NCBI GenBank assembly: GCA_965248925.1
Contig: CBDFLE010000006.1
Span: 480,001-544,000, forward strand
Reading direction: 5' to 3'
Origin: Candidatus Multivoradales bacterium
GTDB lineage: Bacteria; Acidobacteriota; Thermoanaerobaculia; Multivoradales; J023
Length of the DNA stretch: 64,000 bases
Below the pieces are notes generated by a model, which saw nothing but the letters and a program-made list of their open reading frames with translations, was not told the origin of the DNA and did not search any database. Shown here piece by piece: positions 49,031-57,291 of this stretch (position 1 is the stretch's first letter; each line of letters starts with the position of its first letter). The translations under genes were made by a program, and so were the position numbers.

Positions 49031-49918
49031 ATGAAGATCTCCAGCTTCCACCGGGAGTTCAAGCATTACGCGCTTCTAGGGAAAGGCATGACCAACGGCG
49101 TCTACCGCTCAATCGGCTACACCCTTCGGATGCTGTGTCGATATGCGGCGACTGAAGAAATCGGCTCGTTGACGCCGGACATGATTCGCGCTTTTCTCTA
49201 CTACGGACGAAGCGAGCGCGGCTGGGCGGCAAAGACCTACCGAAATCACTGGCAGTACCTCAAGATCTTCTTCGACTTCTGTCAGCGGCAAGGCTACGTC
49301 CGCTCCAATCCCGTCGAAGGAATCGAGAAGCCGAAGCTCCCGGAGCGACTCCCACGTTGCCTTTCTCACGAAGACTCCTTGAAAGTCCTGGCATACTCGT
49401 ACGGCTACGATTGGCGGTACCACCTTGAAGCTGCACGGAATCACGCGATCATCGCGACTCTGATGATGACCGGCCTCCGGCTGCAAGAGCTTCTGAATCT
49501 CGAAGTCCACGATCTCGACCTGTCGGGGTGCGGGATTCTCGTGAGGCGAGGGAAGGGCCGCAAGGATCGGCTCGTTCCTGTTTACCACAAACTTCTGCCC
49601 ATCCTTCGTAACTTCCTGGAAGCGAAGCGCCAGTCTGGGAAAATCTCTCGCTGGCTGTTCACGGGCGTCAAGTCTGACAAGCAGCTCGCGCAAAAGGACG
49701 TTCGTCGGATCTGCCAAAGAATCTCCGTCGCCTGCGGTGTCAAGTTCACTCCTCATGTTCTCCGGCACACCCTCGGCCGCGAGCTGGTAGACAACGGCGT
49801 CGATATCAAGACGGTGCAGCGAATCTTTGGTCACGCTCAGGTGACCACCACCGAGATCTACACTCATCTTTCTACGCGAGCGTTCAATGGGAATTTTCAA
49901 AGGGCGAGAATCTTTTGA
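49031..49918 (+). CDS. XerC/D-like tyrosine recombinase 1
   Basis: TGLR, GKGRKDR, HVLRH, FGHA, TEIY. Confidence 0.93.
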   Translation: MKISSFHREFKHYALLGKGMTNGVYRSIGYTLRMLCRYAATEEIGSLTPDMIRAFLYYGRSERGWAAKTYRNHWQYLKIFFDFCQRQGYVRSNPVEGIEKPKLPERLPRCLSHEDSLKVLAYSYGYDWRYHLEAARNHAIIATLMMTGLRLQELLNLEVHDLDLSGCGILVRRGKGRKDRLVPVYHKLLPILRNFLEAKRQSGKISRWLFTGVKSDKQLAQKDVRRICQRISVACGVKFTPHVLRHTLGRELVDNGVDIKTVQRIFGHAQVTTTEIYTHLSTRAFNGNFQRARIF

Positions 49919-50049
49919 CAGATCGCGAGGAAATCTCTACGGTGTGGATACCTGCCTTCAGGTCGCTGAACATCGGAAGCCCATCTTTGGGTCACCCATC
50001 GGAATGCCGCATAGGAACTTGCATTACGGGACTTGAAAGCCACTGAGCT

Positions 50050-50096
50050 GGCTCATAACCCGAAGGTCGCAGGTTCGAGTCCTGCCCCCGCAACCA
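50050..50096 (+). other. Orphan 3' half of initiator tRNA-Met(CAT), attP-like
   Basis: GGCTCATAACCCGAAGGTCGCAGGTTCGAGTCCTGCCCCCGCAACCA; no D-arm or 5' acceptor strand upstream. Confidence 0.85.
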
Positions 50097-50185
50097 ATAT
50101 CCGCTACAGGAGCGGACTCCGAAGAATCGACAGTCCGACAAAGAAGGTTCAGCGACCACAGGGCAGAGCCCTATGGTCACTGGCT

Positions 50186-51112
50186 ATGTCTGAAATTGAA
50201 CAACTCCATCGGCAATTCTGCGAGTTCTCGCTGACCTTCAAAGCGAATACTCCACGGACGATCAAGTGGCTCCGCGCCACGTTCGCCGATTTTCTGCGCG
50301 GGACTGAGTTGACCAGCGCGACGCAGCTCGACCGAAGAACAATCGAGAACTGGATCGTCCGCAAGAAGCTGGAGAACAGCTGGTCCGCGAAATCGGTGCG
50401 GAACAATCTCCAAGCCTTGAGCCTCTTCTGCGACTGGCTGGTTCGGGAGGAGTATCTGGTCGAGAATCCGACATCCCAAATCCCGAAACCCAAGCTGCCA
50501 CATACAATCCGTCCGCATCTGACGGTAGAGACAGCCCAGGATCTTCTCGACTGGACGCGGAACTTCCCGTTTGGGTATGCCTTCGAGCGAGCGCGAGCCA
50601 CGGCCATTCTCTCCACCTTCCTCCACACCGGCATTCGCCTGGAAGAGCTGAGAAACCTCCACTGCGTCCATGTCGACCTCGAAAACCGCTCCCTATTCGT
50701 GGAGAAGGGAAAATGCCAGAAGGATCGAATCGTTCCGTTCGGCCTACCGCTAGTGGAGGCGCTTCAGGAGTACTTGCGCCATAGAACCAGATTGAAGAAG
50801 AGCTGCCCCTATTTCTTTGCGGCGATGCGGCAAGACAGCCAGATGGGAGACTCGGTGATCAAGCGGCTCGTTTCCAGGCTGCGCGACAAGAGCGGGATCT
50901 ACTTCTATCCACACATGCTGAGGCACACCTACGCCACATTGATGTTGCAGGGCGGGGCCGACATCAGGGCGGTGCAAGAACTGTTGGGCCACGCCTCGAT
51001 CCTTTCGACACTGCCGTACCTGCATACGACGACGGCGCATCTCCAGGCGCAGATCCAAAAGTATCCGCTCAATGTAGATTGGCAGGGGCCTCACGGCATC
51101 AAGGGCCTCTGA
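50186..51112 (+). CDS. XerC/D-like tyrosine recombinase 2
   Basis: TGIR, GKCQKDR, HMLRH, LGHA, TLPY. Confidence 0.93.
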   Translation: MSEIEQLHRQFCEFSLTFKANTPRTIKWLRATFADFLRGTELTSATQLDRRTIENWIVRKKLENSWSAKSVRNNLQALSLFCDWLVREEYLVENPTSQIPKPKLPHTIRPHLTVETAQDLLDWTRNFPFGYAFERARATAILSTFLHTGIRLEELRNLHCVHVDLENRSLFVEKGKCQKDRIVPFGLPLVEALQEYLRHRTRLKKSCPYFFAAMRQDSQMGDSVIKRLVSRLRDKSGIYFYPHMLRHTYATLMLQGGADIRAVQELLGHASILSTLPYLHTTTAHLQAQIQKYPLNVDWQGPHGIKGL

Positions 51113-51161
51113 ATGAATGAAATCTCAGACTTCGCCGGTTCGCCTCTGGCCAGACAGCCAG

Positions 51162-51992
51162 CTAGCGGTCGACTTTCAAACGAGCGCGGAGTTCGGCGAG
51201 GTTCTCCTCGATGTGGCTCGGGATAGGCACTTGCCGGTTAAGGGTTTCACGAAGAACCTGATACTTCTCATGCCATTGCCGGAAGTCCCGAAGTTCTTCT
51301 TTAAGCGAAAAGGCAAGAGCCTCGACGCAGGTGACGGCAACCATGGTGTACAAGTTGCAGAGGTTTCGAAGCACCTCTTCGTCGAGAGGACCACCGAATC
51401 TTCCCGCGAAGGCAAGCCCTCTGCCTATCTGCCCGCCATCCTGAAAGCTAGTGAACGCTGACGTCACCGGGAGGACGCTAGCATGCCCAAGAGGAGCCGT
51501 AATCAACCATGCCGTCCTGAGTCTTTGGAAAAGTTCACTCGGTATTGAGTCGAGTCTCCGTAGAACCGAACCCCCGGTGCCCTGTCGTGAATTCCAGACC
51601 TTCTGAAAGTCTGCCGGTGAGTGGACGCTGAAAACTTGGAAGATCGAGGCTTCTGCGGCCCCTCGCGAAAGCGTTAGGCTCACACGCGGATGAGCAATAA
51701 CGCTGCTGAACCAGCCCCATAAGAGATGATCGGCGGCGAAGCAGGCGAGGGCGACAGAGAGTCTGGGTGTCTCCGAAAAGTCCTGGCCGGAGAGAACATT
51801 GAGCCCACCAAGGTGAAGCTCGAACGCGGGTTTCAGTACAACGGCTTCAAGCTCGCGTACGATCTCTTTCGATTCAGGATGGGCATTGGCCGTGATCCAT
51901 TGATTGTAGGTCTTCTCGGCACTCTCAAATGCCTCAGCCTCCGTGAGCGTGGGGGCAACCTCCTCGCGAGAGGGCAGTTTCTGATGAGTCAT
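51162..51992 (-). CDS. Hypothetical helical protein, possibly HEPN/DUF5677-like
   Basis: LSRGAAE and AWLITAPLGH resemble the RxxxE ... Yxx(L)SxxxH pattern (tentative). Confidence 0.65.
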   Translation of the reverse strand: MTHQKLPSREEVAPTLTEAEAFESAEKTYNQWITANAHPESKEIVRELEAVVLKPAFELHLGGLNVLSGQDFSETPRLSVALACFAADHLLWGWFSSVIAHPRVSLTLSRGAAEASIFQVFSVHSPADFQKVWNSRQGTGGSVLRRLDSIPSELFQRLRTAWLITAPLGHASVLPVTSAFTSFQDGGQIGRGLAFAGRFGGPLDEEVLRNLCNLYTMVAVTCVEALAFSLKEELRDFRQWHEKYQVLRETLNRQVPIPSHIEENLAELRARLKVDR

Positions 51993-52051
51993 TGTCTTGC
52001 CTCAGAATTCGCGTAAGCGCCTTTGTAGTATGTTTGTTGTCGCGGCGTATT

Positions 52052-53377
52052 CTACTGGGCCGAGGACTTGACGAACAGGAAGCCGACTCCACAAGAGGGT
52101 GGGGACAACCAGTGGAAATGACCATCCTCCAGTGAATCCGGAGCAGTCTTCCTTCGTTGGAGTTTGTGTCGACGAAGAGGCATTCGACGACGCCGAAACG
52201 GCTTTCTCCGCCCCAAATCCCAAAGCAAGTACAAGGGATTCCGGCGAAGCTCCAGGCCGCTGTCAGAGGCCTGTCGAAGACACTCGCAAAGTCCTGCCGC
52301 GGCAACTCCTCCGGCAGCCGCCACGAGAGCTGTCCCAACTGCTCCAGTTGCTCCAGCCGCACTTCCTAGCGCGGCTGCGGTGGTGCCAACAATGCCTCCC
52401 AGCCCCGTTACTGTTGCTCTGAACCGACGAGCCCGATCTGAAAGAGCCAGCTCCGAGACCTCGTAGTTGAGTTCCGAAACAAATTCCTCTAAGCGGTCAT
52501 GAGGAGAGGCCTCAGCAAGTCGGCGAAACGCGACTCGTAGGCGTTCAAGTTCAACAGGGGAATCCGCCATCATGCTGTCGAACTCTGCGGGTGCCATCCC
52601 GTCCAACACCGGAAGATCAAGTGATAGCAGCTTTTCCTCGGTTTGACTCAGCATCGCGCTATCCCGGAGAGGGAGCGCTCCCACAAGATTCTCGAAGCCA
52701 GTGCGAACATCGTCGGCGGCGGACGACAGTCCAATCAGCTCTTCCGGCGCAACAAAGACATCACCGCGTGAGAACGCGAGTGGTCCTTCTTCGACGATCC
52801 AATCCCCGACGACTTCTGGTAGCAAGCGAGCGTAGCCAAAGATCTCAGACCAGAGTCGACCGCGCATCTTTATCTCGTTGGTGATCGCTAAGTATCCCCA
52901 CCCAGCATCCCAGAGGCTGTCGGGTTCGCCCGGATGGAGATGCGACACTCGCACTGGTCTACTGAGTGCTCCTCGCCATAGGAATTCAATTGGAACCCCA
53001 AGCAACGCTAGTCGGCGATATGTCCAACGCATCTCGTCGACGAATTGAACTGAGACTTGGAGTGGACGGACTGCGTTTAGGTTGTTGTGGATCAGCCGCC
53101 GCGCATAGTTTCCGCGAGCCCAGAAGTCCAAAGACGCCGAGCGGCCCCTAGCTGACTTCATCCAATCCAGCAGCAGATCGTATTTCGGCGCTGGTGGTTT
53201 ACCAGAGGGGTAAGACGAGAGATCGAATGGCGTCGCTGGGTACGCATATAGCTCCGCCGAGCGGGGGTCTTTACCATCGATCGTGATCCTAGCTTTCGGT
53301 TCCAATTTGGCAGGATCCCTTTCCTGATGTCGTGGTCTCTGACCTTGGTTGCGTCGACTTTGGCAATCAGATTGCAC
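52052..53377 (-). CDS. Hypothetical protein homologous to the C-terminal domain of the TIR protein
   Basis: Colinear DFWxRGN, LWxG, GWGY, PLxxLxxLG, WLxPP motifs; start uncertain. Confidence 0.75.
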   Translation of the reverse strand: MQSDCQSRRNQGQRPRHQERDPAKLEPKARITIDGKDPRSAELYAYPATPFDLSSYPSGKPPAPKYDLLLDWMKSARGRSASLDFWARGNYARRLIHNNLNAVRPLQVSVQFVDEMRWTYRRLALLGVPIEFLWRGALSRPVRVSHLHPGEPDSLWDAGWGYLAITNEIKMRGRLWSEIFGYARLLPEVVGDWIVEEGPLAFSRGDVFVAPEELIGLSSAADDVRTGFENLVGALPLRDSAMLSQTEEKLLSLDLPVLDGMAPAEFDSMMADSPVELERLRVAFRRLAEASPHDRLEEFVSELNYEVSELALSDRARRFRATVTGLGGIVGTTAAALGSAAGATGAVGTALVAAAGGVAAAGLCECLRQASDSGLELRRNPLYLLWDLGRRKPFRRRRMPLRRHKLQRRKTAPDSLEDGHFHWLSPPSCGVGFLFVKSSAQ

Positions 53378-53391
53378 GATCCGCTCCCACA

Positions 53392-53480
53392 GCAGATCAT
53401 GAAATGTAGGCCCTTTAGCTTGGCCTCCCCACAGATTCTACGCCATGGAACCTTCAGCTTGGATAAGTGCGTTTTGGGAA
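53392..53480 (-). pseudogene. Short relic of a tyrosine integrase
   Basis: HLSKLKVPWRRICGEAKLKGLH then frameshifted HDL, versus HLVNLSKPWRRIRERAGFDDVRLHDL in the intact integrase. Confidence 0.6.
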
Positions 53481-53695
53481 CATAGCCCTCCACGACTCAT
53501 GGATTGCCCACTCGTCCGAGGAATCGGTGCGACCGATTCCGGCGCGATGGTCACCAGGAAGAAGGTCTTTGCGGCAGCCTTGAGGTCCGACCAAGTTCGT
53601 CAAAGCGCCACAGATTACTCTCTACGGTGGTTACTCAGTGGTTACTTTGTCGATCGCGGCGAGAGGGGGAATCTGTCGTAAGTTATTGAATCTAA

Positions 53696-53770
53696 TGGAG
53701 CCGATGAGCGGATTTGAACCGCTGACCTGCTGATTACGAATCAGCTGCTCTACCCCTGAGCTACATCGGC
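53696..53770 (-). tRNA. tRNA-Thr(CGT)
   Basis: GCCGATGTAGCTCAGGGGTAGAGCAGCTGATTCGTAATCAGCAGGTCAGCGGTTCAAATCCGCTCATCGGCTCCA; cloverleaf, encoded CCA. Confidence 0.97.
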
Positions 53771-53888
53771 CTGGAAGGCGAGCGGGTGCTGCCGCTGGAG
53801 GCGAGATTGTAGGGGATTCTCGCTGGGGCTGCAATGCTGAGGCGGTCAGCTCCGTGTTGTAGGCGGCTCCGGTTAGCAGCCCCTTGGC

Positions 53889-55730
53889 TTAGGGGTCGGA
53901 GGCCGCGTGCTCGATTACTAGCCAATGGCGATCTAGGGCTCGTATCCAGCGCAGCCGCACTGGGCCGAGAAGCTCGCGATCTAGCTCTTCTGCAAGAGCC
54001 ATTTGCTGGCGGATCTGTGGCTCTGCCCGCGGCAGCGGCACAATGGGCTCTCTGGCTGAGAGGAGAAAGGGCAACCAACGGCGCCAGGGAGCGGCGATGG
54101 GACCTAGTATCACCGGCGTGGCGGAAGCCGCCCGGCGCGCTAAGCGGCGAGCTCGGGCGAGATCGCTGGGCTTGGGCTGCCGACCACCGGCGGGCCAAGC
54201 TTCTAGCTGACGGCGGCCGGCGCCGGCTCGGTCGACGGCAATTAGCCAGCTGCCACCAAGCCCCGGAGGACGGGTGCGGAAAAGCTGCCAACGATCTATA
54301 ACTCCGGCGGGCTCGAGAGCCAGGTCGTAGCCCGCCAGGGAGGTCAGAAGAGCCTCGGTGGGCAAGCTGGAGACCCGCCGCTGGAGGTGGGTCGCCAGCC
54401 GGCCCGCTTCACGGTAGGCCCTGGATTGCGCGGCTGGGTGGTCGAGCAGGAGCAGGAGGTCACCCCTACCCACACTCGCCGAAGTCAGGTGCCGGGCAGC
54501 CAATGGCCGCAGCCGGGCTCGCAGCACGCGATTCTCGAAGCTGGTCCGCCACAGGTCTCGTAGGGGACGGATCTGCCAGCGGCTTGGCTCGCTGGGCTGC
54601 GCGGATAGATCGAGGTAAATCGGCGGTAGGGGCCATAGTGCGACCTGCCGACCACCGGCGACCGTGTCGCCAGGCTGAGGCAGGCAGAGACCGACCAGGA
54701 GAAACAGAGCGGCAAGCCGTCGGAGCAGCGGTGGGCGCAGATGGCTCAGGCCGGCAGCCACCAGGAAGGCGGTGGGCAGGTAGGCATAGGTCATGAACCG
54801 CTGGCTGCTGTAGCCGTAAAACAGGACGAAGAACAACAGTTGAGCAACCAACAACAGCAGCAGGGTGCCTTCCCAGGACCGCGTCCGCGCTCGACGAAGC
54901 ATGACCGGCAGACCAAGAACAGCGAGTATCAGAGCCGGCAAACCGAGCAAGCGCAAGCCGGCAATCAGGTAGAAACCCACCGCATCGCCGCTCACCCTCA
55001 ATAGGCCCCAATGCCGCACCTCGACATCGATCAGCTCAACTAGCAGCCCCTGGCGAATCAACCACCAGATCGCCGTCGGTCCGAGAAACGCCACCATGGC
55101 CAAGTAGTGCCGCCGACTCGGCCGACGCCGCTGTAGCACCCCGATCGCAGCTGCTGACAAGGGCAGCAACCAAGCCAACGGCTGGGTGATGGTGCTGAGC
55201 CCGCCGCAGAAGCCTGCCACTAGCAGCAACTTGGGGCGGCATTCTGCCCAGCGAGCAAAGAATAGAGCCCAGGCCAACAAGCAGGCGGCCAACATGTCGG
55301 CCATCAACTCTAGCGAGCGACAACGCCAGACAAAACCCATTAGCCAAGCCAACGAAACTAGCAACGACAACTGCCAGGGATGCTGCCGCCGCAAGACTGC
55401 GTACAACGCTAGAATGGTGCCCTGCGCTACCAGCTGCAAGGCGAGCGGCAGCCAAGGCAGCAGATTTGCCCTCTCGGCTAAAGCAACTAACAAGGGCAAC
55501 AATGGCAATCGCGCTGAATAGCGCACTTCCGCTCCGACCCAACGCAGGCCGTTGGCCAACCAATCGTAAGTGTCACCGCCGACGAAGGGGTAGTCTAGCG
55601 CTAGGCTCGGATAGAGCAACTTCGGCAGCAACCAGACGAGCTGACAAAGCACCACCAGCAAGAGACAGCGGAATCCAAGGTCGTGGGCGAGGCTCCGCGG
55701 TAAGCGGTGGGTTGCAACGAATCTAGACAC
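53889..55730 (-). CDS. Polytopic membrane protein, GT-C (ArnT/PMT-like) glycosyltransferase
   Basis: Many TM segments, acidic first loop GGDTYDW, RLPLLP, SQRF motif. Confidence 0.65.
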   Translation of the reverse strand: MSRFVATHRLPRSLAHDLGFRCLLLVVLCQLVWLLPKLLYPSLALDYPFVGGDTYDWLANGLRWVGAEVRYSARLPLLPLLVALAERANLLPWLPLALQLVAQGTILALYAVLRRQHPWQLSLLVSLAWLMGFVWRCRSLELMADMLAACLLAWALFFARWAECRPKLLLVAGFCGGLSTITQPLAWLLPLSAAAIGVLQRRRPSRRHYLAMVAFLGPTAIWWLIRQGLLVELIDVEVRHWGLLRVSGDAVGFYLIAGLRLLGLPALILAVLGLPVMLRRARTRSWEGTLLLLLVAQLLFFVLFYGYSSQRFMTYAYLPTAFLVAAGLSHLRPPLLRRLAALFLLVGLCLPQPGDTVAGGRQVALWPLPPIYLDLSAQPSEPSRWQIRPLRDLWRTSFENRVLRARLRPLAARHLTSASVGRGDLLLLLDHPAAQSRAYREAGRLATHLQRRVSSLPTEALLTSLAGYDLALEPAGVIDRWQLFRTRPPGLGGSWLIAVDRAGAGRRQLEAWPAGGRQPKPSDLARARRLARRAASATPVILGPIAAPWRRWLPFLLSAREPIVPLPRAEPQIRQQMALAEELDRELLGPVRLRWIRALDRHWLVIEHAASDP

Positions 55731-55987
55731 TGCGGCAGCATACCCTCATGGGTAGACCTGCATGAGTGAGAGCCGAAAATTGCCGGCAGCCCGGCAGCGG
55801 ATTCAACTGACCGGTCTGCCGGCGGCTGTCACTCAGGCTTTCAATGATCCACCCCCCTCTCCCAGACAAACGCTGCCTCACAAAAATCACTGCTGCCCAA
55901 GATAACTCTGACTGAAGCCTGAATGGCCCGTGAAATGGGTCTTGAGGGGCACTGAAGGGCACTGAGTGAGGTCAAGGTCTCCATTTC

Positions 55988-57187
55988 TCAAGAAACCAGC
56001 TGTCCAAGACCCGGCAGGTCTAGCTGGAAATGCTCCGGTGCTGTGTTCTCTGGTGGTGTCCCGAACGGTTCATCGAGCCAATCGCGCAAGTCCCGATAAG
56101 TGAAGAGGTTCAGTCGTAGCATCGATGCAAGATTCGAGAATGACCACCCCGCCTTGGAGAGGAAGTGAAGCCAGCGGAGCAGCAGCAGCGCGATCAAGGC
56201 TGTCCAGATCTGGATCCGCAGGGCATTCTCACTGGTCCCGACGAAGGTCTTGACCTTCAGGTTCTGCTTCAGCGTCTTGAAGAAAAGTTCGATCTGCCAG
56301 CGGTCTCGATAGATCGCGGAGATCGTCGTGGCTCCGAACGTCAGATGATTGGTCAGCAAAACGATCTCTCGCTTCTTCTCAGCATCCCAGACTACGACAC
56401 GGCGCAGCAGATAAGGACAGGCCTTGCGCGCCTTCGGCGTCTCGAACTCGATGATTTGGTCGGAAAGGATCGAGCGATTCTGCGGCACCTCCCGGATCTC
56501 GACGATAGAGTAGGCGGTAGCCTCCTTCATGCGGGTAACGAAGAAGACCCCCTGCTCGGTCCAATCGGCAAAGAGCCGAAAGTCGTTGTAGGCAGGGTCC
56601 ATTGCAACGATGGAGCCCGGGTTGAGCTGCAGCCCTCGGGCGCTGCGCACGTCGGCCTGCCTGGCGTCGGTCAGTAGCGCGTAGGAAGGCATGTAGTCGC
56701 CGTGGTCGAGCAGCACATGGAGCTTGACGCCGCCTTTGGAGCGGCGGAAATCGGCCCAAGGAAACAGTGCGAGGCACAGCGAGATGGTCGTGGAGTCGAG
56801 TGAGAGAAGCTTGTTCTTGAACCGGAACTTCTGCTGGCCGAGCGTGCCCAGGGAGCCCTGCCCACGGAAACGCTGGAGGGCGGACCAGAAGAGACTCTCG
56901 AAAAGAGCAGCGGGTCGATGCTGGTTGGCGTAGGAGAGGGTGGATTTATTGGGAGCCTTGTCGATGCCAAGGTGGGCAAGCTTGCCCACGCAGCAGGCAA
57001 GGCCGTTGCAGATCTCGCGCAGAGAGTCGGCGCGAGCGGTCTGGCAGAAAAGCATGGCGACGAACTGAGACCAACAGGTGAAGCCCTTGGCGGAGCGCTC
57101 AGCCTGATGATCACGGACCAAGGCGGCGAACTCGAGGCGTGGGAAGTGTTGAAGCAGTTGACTGAAGAGGCTGGCGCTGCGTACCAT
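55988..57187 (-). CDS. IS4-family DDE transposase
   Basis: DSTTISL, KLHVLLD, MDPAY, YRDRWQIELFFKTLKQ. Confidence 0.95.
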   Translation of the reverse strand: MVRSASLFSQLLQHFPRLEFAALVRDHQAERSAKGFTCWSQFVAMLFCQTARADSLREICNGLACCVGKLAHLGIDKAPNKSTLSYANQHRPAALFESLFWSALQRFRGQGSLGTLGQQKFRFKNKLLSLDSTTISLCLALFPWADFRRSKGGVKLHVLLDHGDYMPSYALLTDARQADVRSARGLQLNPGSIVAMDPAYNDFRLFADWTEQGVFFVTRMKEATAYSIVEIREVPQNRSILSDQIIEFETPKARKACPYLLRRVVVWDAEKKREIVLLTNHLTFGATTISAIYRDRWQIELFFKTLKQNLKVKTFVGTSENALRIQIWTALIALLLLRWLHFLSKAGWSFSNLASMLRLNLFTYRDLRDWLDEPFGTPPENTAPEHFQLDLPGLGQLVS

Positions 57188-57291
57188 GGGTCGACCCTCC
57201 GTGTGCTGCCCAGTGCGTATGGGCAGTAGTTTTTGCTTGACGGCAACGGAGGGTCATCCTACCCAAGCAGCTCAGAGGTCGCCAGCGACTC

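Larger units (their letters stand above)
7341..53743. mobile_element. ~46 kb integrative (mobilizable) genomic island in tRNA-Thr
   Basis: 48-bp direct repeat of the tRNA 3' end, adjacent integrase, shared arm-type repeats at both ends, relaxases, coupling proteins, primase. Confidence 0.95.

Noticed and set aside
50020-50096. Complete tRNA-Met gene
   Set aside because: 5' half missing; acceptor, D and anticodon stems cannot form
49031-51112. RIT (recombinase-in-trio) element
   Set aside because: Only two recombinases, not overlapping, separated by a tRNA fragment
7341-53743. Prophage
   Set aside because: No terminase, capsid, tail or lysis genes recognised
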